DNA from: an uncultured Acidimicrobiia bacterium
GTDB taxonomy: Bacteria > Actinomycetota > Acidimicrobiia > Spongiisociales > Spongiisociaceae
DNA length: 58,838 nt
Assembly: GCA_964516495.1 (NCBI GenBank)
Contig: CAZEZF010000006.1
Span: 1-58,838 of the forward strand
Direction of reading: 5' to 3'
In this document: positions 46,656 to 56,387 of the stretch, piece after piece
Layout of the letters: each line of letters opens with the position of its first letter
Position numbering within the stretch: position 1 is the stretch's first letter
Translations under genes and position numbers: made by a program
Notes under the pieces: model-generated
What the model was told of the DNA's origin: nothing
The model's database searches: none
Seen by the model: the letters and a program-made list of their open reading frames with translations, nothing else

Positions 46656-46852
46656 TCCCGGATTCCCATGTACGGGGTTCGCGCGGGCGACGGAGGAGTC
46701 AGAGGAACTTCCGGACCTGGGAAACGGCTGCTCGGTTGTCCCGTCTAGGCGGTGCGCCTATCACCCGAAGGTGAACGTCAAGACGCCCCACGATGCTGCG
46801 CTTGGCGTGGCTTTTGCTACATCGGTGGGTCCGGGGCATGAAGAATCAGAGT
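46656..46852 (+). mobile_element. MITE-like element family 1, copy C8 (divergent, 197 bp)
   Basis: TCCCGGATTCCCATGTACGGGG ... CCGGGGCATGAAGAATCAGAGT|TA. Colinear with the family (GACCTGGGA, CACCCGAAGGTGAACG, GACGCCCCAC) but heavily substituted. Confidence 0.75.
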
Positions 46853-46957
46853 TAACTATATTGGGCAGGGTGTCCGGCCGACGAGGCCGAAAGGCCCCGA
46901 TACTTGGATGATCGATTCCTGTTGTATATGCACAGGAGAAAGGAAGGGCGAGGCGAA

Positions 46958-47890
46958 ATGAGAGTACTGATAACGGGTGCCGCAGGGTTCTTCGGTAGGG
47001 CCTTGGTGAGAGCGTTTGCCCTGGGGGGAGAGCACGTCGTAGCCGCTGACATCCTTCCGCCGGAGGACTTCCATCCCCGTTCGGACACCCCTGACGATAT
47101 GGTCGATTACACGGTCCTGGATGTAGGGGACCCCGATGCCTGGTCAACCGATGTGACCGGTCCCGTGGATGGGATCGTCCATGCCGCCGCGTTGACTCCC
47201 AGCATCCAGCAGACCCGTGAGGATCCGGCCGGTCTGGTGCAGGTCAACCTGACCGGCACGCTCCATGCCCTCGAGTTCGCCCGTCTGAACGACTTGGGCA
47301 AGTTCTTGTTTATCTCGTCAGCCGGTGTCTACAACCAGTTTGACGAGGTGGTGCTTTCGGAGGCGGATGCCGATGGGGGCTTCTCGTTATACGGGTCGGC
47401 CAAGTTGGCCGCCGAGATAATGCTGTTCCGTTACTCCAACATGTTCGGTTTCGACGCCGGCGCCATCCGACCCACTTCGATGTACGGTCCAGCCGAGGAG
47501 TTCCGCAACACCCGTCCCTTTGTCACCCAGGCCAAACAGTTGGCCGACGCCGCCCTCGACGGGGTACCGGTTCGGGTCATCGGACTGGAGGACAGGTGCG
47601 ATTGGGTGTTCGTAGACGATGTGGCCGAAGGCGCCCATCGGTTCTTCTCGGACGAGATGGGTAGGCGCGCCTTCGCCTTCTCATCCGGCGATCCGATACC
47701 GTTCAGCGATGTCTTGGACGCGGCCGTCGCATCCTTCGGGGTGGTGGTGGATGAGAATGCCGAGATGCTCATCGACGCCACCCCCGACCGGGCCACCACC
47801 ATCTCCTGCGATAAGGCCCGCGCCGAACTGGGTTGGAACCCCGTCGGCATCGCCGAGGGTATGCAGCGCTACGCCGACCTGGGTGGCTGA
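46958..47890 (+). CDS. NAD-dependent epimerase/dehydratase family protein
   Basis: VLITGAAGFFG Rossmann motif and YGSAKLAAE (YxxxK). ATG 46958 follows AGGAGAAAGGAAGGG; the ORF track allows 46904. Confidence 0.85.
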   Translation: MRVLITGAAGFFGRALVRAFALGGEHVVAADILPPEDFHPRSDTPDDMVDYTVLDVGDPDAWSTDVTGPVDGIVHAAALTPSIQQTREDPAGLVQVNLTGTLHALEFARLNDLGKFLFISSAGVYNQFDEVVLSEADADGGFSLYGSAKLAAEIMLFRYSNMFGFDAGAIRPTSMYGPAEEFRNTRPFVTQAKQLADAALDGVPVRVIGLEDRCDWVFVDDVAEGAHRFFSDEMGRRAFAFSSGDPIPFSDVLDAAVASFGVVVDENAEMLIDATPDRATTISCDKARAELGWNPVGIAEGMQRYADLGG

Positions 47891-47953
47891 CAAGCCGCCT
47901 CGCCGATCCGGATCAGATACGAGGAATGTGACAACCCGAGACATGGAGCCTAA

Positions 47954-49150
47954 ATGAGCCAGAGCAAACTGAGATCGGCCCTCGCGGAACGCACCCTGCG
48001 AATCCGCGGTGGCCACGAGTCGCCCTACTTTCGGATAATGCGGAGAGTGCAGGGACGAGACGACATCATCCGCCTCGTGCGAGGTGAACCCGACATTCCC
48101 ACTCCTACCCACATTATCGAAGCCGCCAAGCGATGCCTGGACACCGGTCACATCGGCTACACGCCGCCGGGTGGCATGATCGAACTCCGGGAAGCCATCT
48201 CCCGCAAGTTCAAGCAGGATAACAACCTGGAATACGACGCCGAGTCGGAGATCCTGGTTACGGCGGGGGCTCAGGAGTCGATGGCGGTCAGCCTACAGAC
48301 CCTGCTCGATCCGGGCGACGAGGTGCTGCTCGCCACTCCCCATTACATGGCCTACCCGGCCAACATCACCATGGCCGGAGGGACGATCGTCTACGTGCCC
48401 ACCGTGGAGGAGGAGGACTTCGAGCTCAAGCCGGAGGCCATTGAAGCGGCGATCACCGACCGCACCAAACTTCTGATCCTGGTTACCCCCAACAACCCCA
48501 CCGCCGGTGTAATCAATGCCGAAACCCTGACGGCGATTGCGGACATAGTGCGCTCCCATCCCGATCTGGTGGTGATCTCCGATGAGCTGTATGAGAAGGT
48601 GGTCTACGACGGATTCGAGCACCTCAGCTTCGCCACCCTCCCGGACATGTGGGAACGGACCATAACCATCAACGGATTCTCTAAGGCCTACAGCATGACC
48701 GGGTTCCGGGTGGGTTATATGGCCGGTCCCGCCGACTATATCCTGGCCGCCACCGAGCCGCGCCATTCTCTCAGTATCTCCACCAACCTCCCGTCCCAGC
48801 ACGCCGCCCTGGCGGCGCTTGAAGGCCCGCAGGACTTCATGGACGATATGATGGAGGAGTATCACCATCGCCGAGCGGTGATGCGGGCTGCTTTCGACAA
48901 GCTGGGCGTCACCTACGGAGAACCCAAGGGAGGGTTCTATTTCTTCGCCAATGTGTCGGGATCAGGGCTGGACGCGGTGGCTTTGGCGGATCGGGCTGTT
49001 GATTACGGGCTGCTCTTCTCTCCCGGCAACATCTTCGCCGAGGGTGCGGCCGAGTATATCCGCATCTCCTATCTGGCGCCCCGGGAAGAACTCCACGAGG
49101 CTATGAACCGCTTTGAGCGGCTATGGAACGACTGCCGGAGCGGCAAGTGA
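47954..49150 (+). CDS. Pyridoxal-phosphate-dependent aminotransferase (class I/II)
   Basis: INGFSKAYSMTGFRVGY (PLP-lysine motif), LVTPNNPTG-like segment (LVTPNNPTAG), about 398 aa. Confidence 0.88.
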   Translation: MSQSKLRSALAERTLRIRGGHESPYFRIMRRVQGRDDIIRLVRGEPDIPTPTHIIEAAKRCLDTGHIGYTPPGGMIELREAISRKFKQDNNLEYDAESEILVTAGAQESMAVSLQTLLDPGDEVLLATPHYMAYPANITMAGGTIVYVPTVEEEDFELKPEAIEAAITDRTKLLILVTPNNPTAGVINAETLTAIADIVRSHPDLVVISDELYEKVVYDGFEHLSFATLPDMWERTITINGFSKAYSMTGFRVGYMAGPADYILAATEPRHSLSISTNLPSQHAALAALEGPQDFMDDMMEEYHHRRAVMRAAFDKLGVTYGEPKGGFYFFANVSGSGLDAVALADRAVDYGLLFSPGNIFAEGAAEYIRISYLAPREELHEAMNRFERLWNDCRSGK

Positions 49151-50118
49151 GCGGCCCGAAGGTAGCGCTGATCGAGGAGTTTTCCTCGGCTCAGATAGCA
49201 GCTCTTTCGGAGGCGCTCCCCGCCGGCGCGACGGTGGTGGAGGACGCCCTGGCGTCGGGCGCCATCGCGGAGGCGGACTACCTGGTCCTCTGGCGGCGGG
49301 GGATCGACGATGACCGACTCCGCACACTCCGGTCCCTGCGGGGAGTGGTGACCCTGGATTCGGGGGGCGCCACGCCGTCGCCGGAAATATGTGCGGCTCA
49401 AGGGACCTGGACCGACAAGGTACTGTCCCCCTCGCTGATAAGCGTGGCCGAACACGCGGTGATGATGGTGTTGGCTCTCTTCAAGCGCCTTCCCACGGCT
49501 CACCGGCGTCTCATGGAGGGCGTAATAGTGGACGGCATGGCGCCGTTCGTCACCGATCAGGAGAACTATTCCTATAACTGGGTCGGCTTGGACCTGTTTG
49601 AAGCGTTGGTGGGCAAACGGGTCGGCCTGATAGGTGTCGGTAAGATCGGGCGTGAAGCGGCAACCCGTCTGACCGCCTTCGGAATGGACGTTATCTACTA
49701 CAAGCGGAACCGGTTCACCCCGGAGGAGGAGCAGGAGCTGGGAATTCGCTACCTGCCGTTCGACGAGTTGCTGGCCGCCTCCCACTGCGTGTCGTTACAC
49801 AACCGGTTCACGCCGGAGACCGAGAAGATGATGGGCGCTCGAGAGTTCGCGCTGATGCCCGAGGGATCGTTCTTCGTGAACACTGCGCGAGGTCGATTGG
49901 TGGACGAGGATGCATTGATGGCCGCACTGCACAGCGGACACCTGGCCGGAGCGGCCCTGGACGTTTTCTGGTGGGAGCCGATCCTCCCGGACAGCCCGTT
50001 GCGGTCGACCCCCAACCTCCTGATGACTCCCCACACGGGTGGTATTCCGAGCGCTGTTTCGGTAGCTCACGAACTGGCCGGGGCGGGTAAGGTCATCACC
50101 GGACGACTGGAGGAATGA
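49147..50118 (+). CDS. D-isomer-specific 2-hydroxyacid dehydrogenase family protein
   Basis: VGLIGVGKIGREAA (GxGxxG), NTARGRLVDEDAL, and TPHTGG (catalytic His). GTG 49147 overlaps the aminotransferase stop (GTGA); the ORF track allows 49123. Confidence 0.85.
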   Translation: MSGPKVALIEEFSSAQIAALSEALPAGATVVEDALASGAIAEADYLVLWRRGIDDDRLRTLRSLRGVVTLDSGGATPSPEICAAQGTWTDKVLSPSLISVAEHAVMMVLALFKRLPTAHRRLMEGVIVDGMAPFVTDQENYSYNWVGLDLFEALVGKRVGLIGVGKIGREAATRLTAFGMDVIYYKRNRFTPEEEQELGIRYLPFDELLAASHCVSLHNRFTPETEKMMGAREFALMPEGSFFVNTARGRLVDEDALMAALHSGHLAGAALDVFWWEPILPDSPLRSTPNLLMTPHTGGIPSAVSVAHELAGAGKVITGRLEE

Positions 50119-50119
50119 G

Positions 50120-51502
50120 ATGGGCGACCAGACCTTCGTGGGAATGCAGGTCGGCGGGATCAGCTTCATAGACGAAGGTATCGAAGAGACGCTTGACATC
50201 TTCCAAGAACTGGCCGGTGTCAACGCTATCTTTATCTCCGCTCTTTCTTGGGCGAGGGGCAACGCCGGACGTTCCGGGAGCAACGACTTCCCCGATCATG
50301 GAGGCCAGGAACCGGACGACCTGCAAGGTGGGGCCTTCTTTCCCCCCGACTCCCGCTACTACCACGGCACTTCCATCAAGGACTTCACCGCCCCCGATCC
50401 CCTTTACGAGGGATGGGACATCCTAGGTGATGTGATCCCTGCCGCCCGGGAACGGGGCATAGAGGTGTTCCCGTATTACTGCGAGACGTCGCACAAGAAC
50501 CCTAAGCCTCTGTGGCAACCGGGGTTCGCCCAGGTGCTGGAGGTCGATCCGTGGGGTCGCAAGGCCACCCGACCCTGCCTGTACAACCCGAACTACCGGA
50601 ACTGGTGGTTCGGCGTGATCGACAACTGGCTCAACGAGTATGACCTGGCCGGAGTCCTCTGGGGTATCGAACGGGAGGATCCCCTCTCGTCGATGATCGT
50701 CAGCGACGAGGTTCCCACCTGCTTCTGCATCCACTGCCGGTCCGAAGCCCACCGGCGTGGAATCGACGCCGGACGGGCCGCCGAGGGTTACCGGAAGATA
50801 CATGACTATCTCGCCGCGGTGCGGGCCGGGCATCAACCGAGGGATGGGAAGCTGATCACCTTCCTGCGCCATCTTTTCGAATATCCGGAAGTCTCCCAAT
50901 GGCAGAAGCTCTGGTGGGATGGCCACAAGGACCTGTATCGGGAGATATCCGGGCTGGTACGGTTCTTCGGAGATGATTATCAGGTCGGATTCGGTATCTG
51001 GCAGATGATCAACACCTTCAACCCGCTACTGCGGGCGGCCCACGATCCGGCCGAGTACAAGTTGTACGCCGATTGGCTCAAGCCGGTGTTCTACAACGCC
51101 CCGGGCGGGGCGCGGTTCGCCAAGTTCGTCACCAACCTGTGCAAGACCATACTGGGCGACGCCGGCCCTGCGGAATGGACACCGCTCCTCTACAAGATCC
51201 TCGGTTTGGATGAGGCGCCCTTCGAGGACCTTCCCCCTACCGGTTTCAGCCCACAGTATGTCGCCGATTTCACCCGCCGGTATGTTGACGCGGTGGGCCC
51301 CGAGGTGGAGGTCTATCCGGGTATCGGTCTAGGAGTGGAGACGGTGGCTCGCGATATCACGCCGGCCGACTGTGAAGCCATGGTGGAGGCCTCATTCGAC
51401 GGTGGAGCAGGCGGAGTGATGATCTCCCGCAACTACTCGGAGTTGACCCTTCCGAACCTAGCCGCGGTGGGAACCGCCCTCCGTCGACTCGGAAAGATCT
51501 GA
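50120..51502 (+). CDS. Conserved-looking hypothetical protein (no family recognised)
   Basis: 460-aa ORF with normal codon and composition behaviour. It starts 1 nt after the upstream stop and ends 25 nt before the next start. It contains a CFCIHC cysteine cluster and no Walker, Rossmann or HxH motif that I can see. Confidence 0.6.
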   Translation: MGDQTFVGMQVGGISFIDEGIEETLDIFQELAGVNAIFISALSWARGNAGRSGSNDFPDHGGQEPDDLQGGAFFPPDSRYYHGTSIKDFTAPDPLYEGWDILGDVIPAARERGIEVFPYYCETSHKNPKPLWQPGFAQVLEVDPWGRKATRPCLYNPNYRNWWFGVIDNWLNEYDLAGVLWGIEREDPLSSMIVSDEVPTCFCIHCRSEAHRRGIDAGRAAEGYRKIHDYLAAVRAGHQPRDGKLITFLRHLFEYPEVSQWQKLWWDGHKDLYREISGLVRFFGDDYQVGFGIWQMINTFNPLLRAAHDPAEYKLYADWLKPVFYNAPGGARFAKFVTNLCKTILGDAGPAEWTPLLYKILGLDEAPFEDLPPTGFSPQYVADFTRRYVDAVGPEVEVYPGIGLGVETVARDITPADCEAMVEASFDGGAGGVMISRNYSELTLPNLAAVGTALRRLGKI

Positions 51503-51527
51503 CCTGCGACAGAAAGGACATTGAATC

Positions 51528-52772
51528 GTGCGAACAATCCTCAAAGGCGGAGTTGTCGTCAATCTCGACGGTGGTCCATCTCTCCAACAGGACCTTGTCA
51601 TCGATGGCGAGCAGATCGCCTCGGTGGGGGAGTCCAACGGCGCCTCCGGCGACAATGTGGTGGACGTATCCGGCATGTACCTGCTTCCCGGACTGGTGAA
51701 CTGTCATGTTCACCTGGGGTGGGACGGTACCCACGATCTCGAGATGCAGGCCAACGAGTCCCCTGCCATCAATGCCATCAAGGCCGTTATGAATATCCAT
51801 CGTCAGCTTTCGGCAGGCGTCACGACTATTCGTGACCTTGGTATGAACAATGCCAACATCGATGCGATGACCGCGGTCGAAAACGGTTGGGCGCCCTGGA
51901 TCCGCTTGTTCCCCAACGGGCGCGCCATTTGCACCACCGGCGGGCATACATGGTGGTGTTGCCGGGAGGCGGACGGCATCTACGGAGTTCGCAAGGCGAT
52001 CAGGGAGCAGTTCAAGGCCGGCGCCAGTTGGATCAAGATCATGGGCTCGCATGAGGAAGTGCAGTTCACCATGGATGAACTGCGGGCCATGGTCGAGGAG
52101 GCCCATCAGAACGGCATGAAGGTAACGGCCCACGCCACCTTTGATGAGGCGATCTCGCGCGTTGTGGACGCCGGGGTCGATTGCGTGGAGCACGGCGGGT
52201 CGATGACTCCGGCAACAATCGAGAAGATGGTCGAGAAGGGTGTCCCCATCGTTACCACCTTCTCACCCTTGGTACAGCAGGTGAAGTTCGGATTGGACTT
52301 CGGGATGACAGTCTCCGATGTGGAGCGCCGCAAGGATCAGATGGCCGAAAAAAATCGCTTCGCGGGCAATGTGGCCGCGGCGCGGGCCGGAATCCCGATC
52401 GTGTTCGGTACCGACGCCGGCAGCCCGGTCGTGCCTCACTACGCCATCGCCGAGGAACTCAAGTTCATGGTCGAGGTCGGGGTGTGTCCTGATAATCTGG
52501 ACGCCCTCAACTCGATCACGCGTCGCGGTATGAAGTTGTTGGGCCTCGAGGACGAGCTGGGCAGCCTGGAAGCAGGCAAGACAGCCGACGTGGTGGCGGT
52601 GGGTGGCGACCCGCTGGATTCGTTGGATCATATGAAAGACGTCAAGAGGGTCTTCGTCAGAGGCCGGATGGCCTTCTCCTCCGAGGGTGGCTACACCCAG
52701 GTAGGGCGTGATCTCGAAGGTATCGGTACTCGTTGGGGGCCCGGCGCCCAGATCGGATACCGCCGCGCCTAG
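51528..52772 (+). CDS. Amidohydrolase family protein (imidazolonepropionase/prolidase-like subgroup)
   Basis: LLPGLVNCHVHLGWDG (HxH), VTAHA, VEHG, FGTDAG, and GKTADVVAVGGDPL are typical for this metal-dependent hydrolase subgroup. Confidence 0.85.
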   Translation: MRTILKGGVVVNLDGGPSLQQDLVIDGEQIASVGESNGASGDNVVDVSGMYLLPGLVNCHVHLGWDGTHDLEMQANESPAINAIKAVMNIHRQLSAGVTTIRDLGMNNANIDAMTAVENGWAPWIRLFPNGRAICTTGGHTWWCCREADGIYGVRKAIREQFKAGASWIKIMGSHEEVQFTMDELRAMVEEAHQNGMKVTAHATFDEAISRVVDAGVDCVEHGGSMTPATIEKMVEKGVPIVTTFSPLVQQVKFGLDFGMTVSDVERRKDQMAEKNRFAGNVAAARAGIPIVFGTDAGSPVVPHYAIAEELKFMVEVGVCPDNLDALNSITRRGMKLLGLEDELGSLEAGKTADVVAVGGDPLDSLDHMKDVKRVFVRGRMAFSSEGGYTQVGRDLEGIGTRWGPGAQIGYRRA

Positions 52773-52927
52773 ACATCGCGTTCGACGTATCCAAGTCTTA
52801 GGAAGGTATTCAGGTATGGATCCAGCGGGGTTCACATGTCGGCGAACTCTCCGGCCACAGCATCGGCAAGCGCGATGCGGACCTTTCGGTAAGGGATTGT
52901 TCGGTAGCCTCCTCGAGGAGATCCACG

Positions 52928-54352
52928 ATGCTTGATCTGAAGATCGTCGGAGGGACCGTGGTTACCGACGGTTCCTCCCGCCCGGCCGATGTCGGTGTGG
53001 AACTAGGGGTGATCACCGAGGTTTCTTCTCAAGGGGGCCTCGGCGCCGCCCGTCGAGAGATAGACGCCACGGGGCTACTGGTAATACCCGGCGCGGTGGA
53101 CGCTCACTTCCACTGCCGGGCGCCCAGCCACCCTGAACGGGCGACCTTCGCCTCAGAGTCGAGGGCAGCGGCCTCGTCAGGGATTACGACCTTCTTCGAG
53201 ATGCCGATATCCAACCCTCCGTGTAGCACCCCTGAGGCGTTCTTGGAGCGGCGGGAGTTGGGAGAGGCCGAGAGCCTGATCGATTTCGCCCTCTACTCGG
53301 GGGCCGGATTTTCTGATCCTGTCCGGGTGGAGGCGATGGCGGAATGCGGCGCGATCGGTTTCAAACTCTTCACTCACGATCCGCCTCCCGAACGGATTGT
53401 GGAGTTCGAAGGGCTCTATGCGTCCGGACCCGACGAGATATACGAATGCTTGGCGGCTGTCGCCGAGGTAGGTTTGCGCTGCGCGGTTCACGCCGAGAAC
53501 CAGGCCTTCATCGAGCACTTCCGCAAGACCTCCAACGAATTAGGACACCCGAACCGTCCCGCAATGGTTGAAGCAGCGGCGGTGGCGTTGGTGGCCACCA
53601 TCGCTCGGGAGGTCGATCTACCCGCCCACATCGTCCACATCACTTCCCGGCTCGCTACCGAGGAGGTGCGAGCGGCACAGTCCCTAGGGGCGGACCTGTC
53701 AGCCGAGTCTTGCCCTCACTACCTCCTGTTGGATGAGTCCTACATTGCGAAGTTCGGGAACTTCGTGAAGGTGGCGCCGCCTTTGCGTACTGTCGAGGAC
53801 GTGGCTTACCTCTGGAAGTCCCTTCTGGACGGCGCGTTGTCGGTCGTGGCTTCCGATCATGCTCCGTTTACCTACGAGGAGAAGGCCGCCGCCGACTTCG
53901 CTAGCTCGGGCCAGGGTATTCCTTCCTTGGAAATGTTGGTTCCGACGATGCTGGACGCAGGTCTGAGTGGCAGCTTCCCTCTGGAGAGAGCCGTAGAGGT
54001 AATGACCGCCAACCCGGCGAAACTGTTCGGAATCTATCCACGCAAAGGTACCGTCTCGCCCGGCGGCGACGCCGATCTGGTTCTCGTCGATCCGGAGGGT
54101 TCGCTCACGGTGGATTCGGAACGCTTTCTAGCCCGATCCGGTAGAAGCGGCAAGGTCTATGACGGTATGAACCTGCGCGGCCGAGTATTGACAACCCTCT
54201 CTCACGGACGGGTGATCTTCACCGACGGGAGAGTGGTAGGAGAGGGGGGCGGTCGTCTGGTCGTTCCGGACGAACCTCCCGGTCATGTGAGCGCCACCCA
54301 GACTCACACGAAGGATGATGGAAGGTCAATGCCAGGAGACCGGAGCGGGTGA
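52928..54352 (+). CDS. Cyclic amidohydrolase (dihydroorotase/allantoinase/hydantoinase-like)
   Basis: VIPGAVDAHFHCRAPSHPERATFASESRAAASSGITTFFEMP, VVASDHAPF, and GGDADLVLVD. Confidence 0.85.
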   Translation: MLDLKIVGGTVVTDGSSRPADVGVELGVITEVSSQGGLGAARREIDATGLLVIPGAVDAHFHCRAPSHPERATFASESRAAASSGITTFFEMPISNPPCSTPEAFLERRELGEAESLIDFALYSGAGFSDPVRVEAMAECGAIGFKLFTHDPPPERIVEFEGLYASGPDEIYECLAAVAEVGLRCAVHAENQAFIEHFRKTSNELGHPNRPAMVEAAAVALVATIAREVDLPAHIVHITSRLATEEVRAAQSLGADLSAESCPHYLLLDESYIAKFGNFVKVAPPLRTVEDVAYLWKSLLDGALSVVASDHAPFTYEEKAAADFASSGQGIPSLEMLVPTMLDAGLSGSFPLERAVEVMTANPAKLFGIYPRKGTVSPGGDADLVLVDPEGSLTVDSERFLARSGRSGKVYDGMNLRGRVLTTLSHGRVIFTDGRVVGEGGGRLVVPDEPPGHVSATQTHTKDDGRSMPGDRSG

Positions 54353-55461
54353 GCGGTCATAGTCCGGTTAGGGTCGGCGTTGTCGGGGCTAGCCCTCCCG
54401 GATTCGGCGACCGCGCCCACCTACCGGCGGTGCAAGCTGACCCCGGTTTAGTCCTGGAGGCGGTGTGTACCACCCGTGAGCAGACCGCTCGGGCGGCGGC
54501 GAAAAAGTGGCAGGCCCGGAAATCCTATGTGGGGATAGACGACCTGTGCGGTGATCCGGATGTTGATCTGATCTCGGTGGCGGTTCGTCCCCGGCTTCAT
54601 CACCCTTTGGTCATGTCCGCCCTGCAGGCCGGCAAACCGGTCTACTGCGAGTGGCCGCTGGCGCTCACCAGCGCGGAGGCCCAGGAAATGGCGGCGCTGG
54701 CCGAGACGGAGGGCATACCGACCGCCATCGGACTCCAAGGTCGATTCGCTCCCGCGATCGCCTGGGCCCGGCACTTGCTGGAGGAAGGTGTGGTGGGTCG
54801 TCCTCTGTCGTTCGTGGTATCGCAGATGCTCTCCAAGTTCGATGTCGATCCTGATCGATCGTGGCTGGTGCGTCACGAGGAGGCCAGCGGCGCCCTGTTC
54901 GTGGCGTTTGCCCATGTGATGGATTCGGTTCGCTTCCTCCTAGGTGAAGTCGAGAGCATCGCCGCTCGCCAGATGACCCTGTCGCCGGACGGTCTGTACA
55001 CCGACGGTGGGGCGTTTCGGTGGAAGACCGCCGATACGGTGATGGCGACCGCCGAGTTGGTGGGAGGAGTAGCCGGTACCGCCTACGTTTCCAACGCGGT
55101 GACGCCTCCCCAAGGATACTCCCTCCGTATCCTGGGAGAGGAGGGTCAGATACTCCTGGCAGCCCCTTCGTACTACCAGTTCAGTCCGGTCAAGGTTTCG
55201 GTCGGACCGATGACGGTGTCCGTGGGTGGGAGAAACTCCGACCTATTGGAAGAAACGACCATCCCGGCGCGGTTCTTCTCGGACATGCCGGTAACGGAGG
55301 GTCATTCGGCCTATAACGTGGCCAGAGCGCTGTCCCGGTTCGCCGATTCGATCCGGGACGGGGAGCGGTTCCGTCCGGACTTCCGAGACGGGGTGGTCAT
55401 GCATCGACTGCTCGACGCGGTGATGACCTCCAGTCGAGAAGGCCGCACGGTGAGGGTTTAG
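54349..55461 (+). CDS. Gfo/Idh/MocA family oxidoreductase
   Basis: VRVGVVGAS N-terminal Rossmann segment, GKPVYCEWPLA (EKP-like motif), about 370 aa. GTGA overlap with the upstream gene. Confidence 0.8.
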   Translation: MSGHSPVRVGVVGASPPGFGDRAHLPAVQADPGLVLEAVCTTREQTARAAAKKWQARKSYVGIDDLCGDPDVDLISVAVRPRLHHPLVMSALQAGKPVYCEWPLALTSAEAQEMAALAETEGIPTAIGLQGRFAPAIAWARHLLEEGVVGRPLSFVVSQMLSKFDVDPDRSWLVRHEEASGALFVAFAHVMDSVRFLLGEVESIAARQMTLSPDGLYTDGGAFRWKTADTVMATAELVGGVAGTAYVSNAVTPPQGYSLRILGEEGQILLAAPSYYQFSPVKVSVGPMTVSVGGRNSDLLEETTIPARFFSDMPVTEGHSAYNVARALSRFADSIRDGERFRPDFRDGVVMHRLLDAVMTSSREGRTVRV

Positions 55462-55611
55462 GAGGTAGTTTGAAACCCCTTTACGGACCGTCGAAACGTG
55501 ACTCCCGGATGGTTGCATGCCCTGTGTCGGTGAGCCCGGCGTCGTTGCCGCCATTCAATATAATTCCTCTAACGGTTATGGCCCCTTCCCGTAAGGAGGT
55601 CACCGATCAGT

Positions 55612-56373
55612 GTGAATCCACCACCAACGAAAGGAAATAAACCCTTGGACCTGCATGACCCCTTCTACGATCTGTTCCCTCGACCCTCCTTCCCTTCTAT
55701 CGCACCGGGAAAGTCGGCGATTCTAACCATTGATCTACAGTATCTCGATGCACACGCCGACGGGTGGATCGGGCGTATCGCCAAGGCGGCCGGCCAACCT
55801 GAGATCATGCAGGAAAGATGGGACAACATCAACGGTATCCTTCCCAATGTCCGTCGCTGCCAGGACGCCTTCCGGGCGGCGGGGGAGGAGGTCATCCATG
55901 TTCGGGTCGCCTATCGAACCTCGAACGGGCGGGATGCGGGTAAAGCCTTCATGCCGGCTGCTGAACTCGAACCGGTCCCCCGTGAGCCTTTCGACGATGA
56001 ACTTCTCCCCGAGGTGGCGGTACAGGGAGACGAGATGATCTTCTCCAAGACCTCGTCCAGCGTTTTCAACTCCAGCGCCATCGACAACGTTCTAAAGCGG
56101 ATGGGTATCACCCATCTGGTCTTCACCGGCATCGTCACCGAGGGTTGTGTGGAGTTATCGGCCCGCGACGCCGCTGATCGTGGCTATACGGTGTCACTGG
56201 TGTCTGACGCCTGCACCTCCTCGACCAGGGAACTACACGAGAACGCCCTGGTCAGAATGACCGACGGGGGTTTTATCGCCTCCCGCACCACCGAAGAAAT
56301 CTGCGCCGAAGTGGCGAACCCGGGCGACCCGACCGGAAGTAGACCCGCTTCCATACCCACTCCGACTAGCTAA
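55612..56373 (+). CDS. Isochorismatase-family cysteine hydrolase
   Basis: SAILTIDLQ, KTSSSVFNSS, and LVFTGIVTEGCVELSARDAADRGY (nucleophile Cys context). AAGGAGG lies 12 nt upstream of the GTG start. Confidence 0.85.
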   Translation: MNPPPTKGNKPLDLHDPFYDLFPRPSFPSIAPGKSAILTIDLQYLDAHADGWIGRIAKAAGQPEIMQERWDNINGILPNVRRCQDAFRAAGEEVIHVRVAYRTSNGRDAGKAFMPAAELEPVPREPFDDELLPEVAVQGDEMIFSKTSSSVFNSSAIDNVLKRMGITHLVFTGIVTEGCVELSARDAADRGYTVSLVSDACTSSTRELHENALVRMTDGGFIASRTTEEICAEVANPGDPTGSRPASIPTPTS

Positions 56374-56387
56374 GGGAGTCTATAGAG

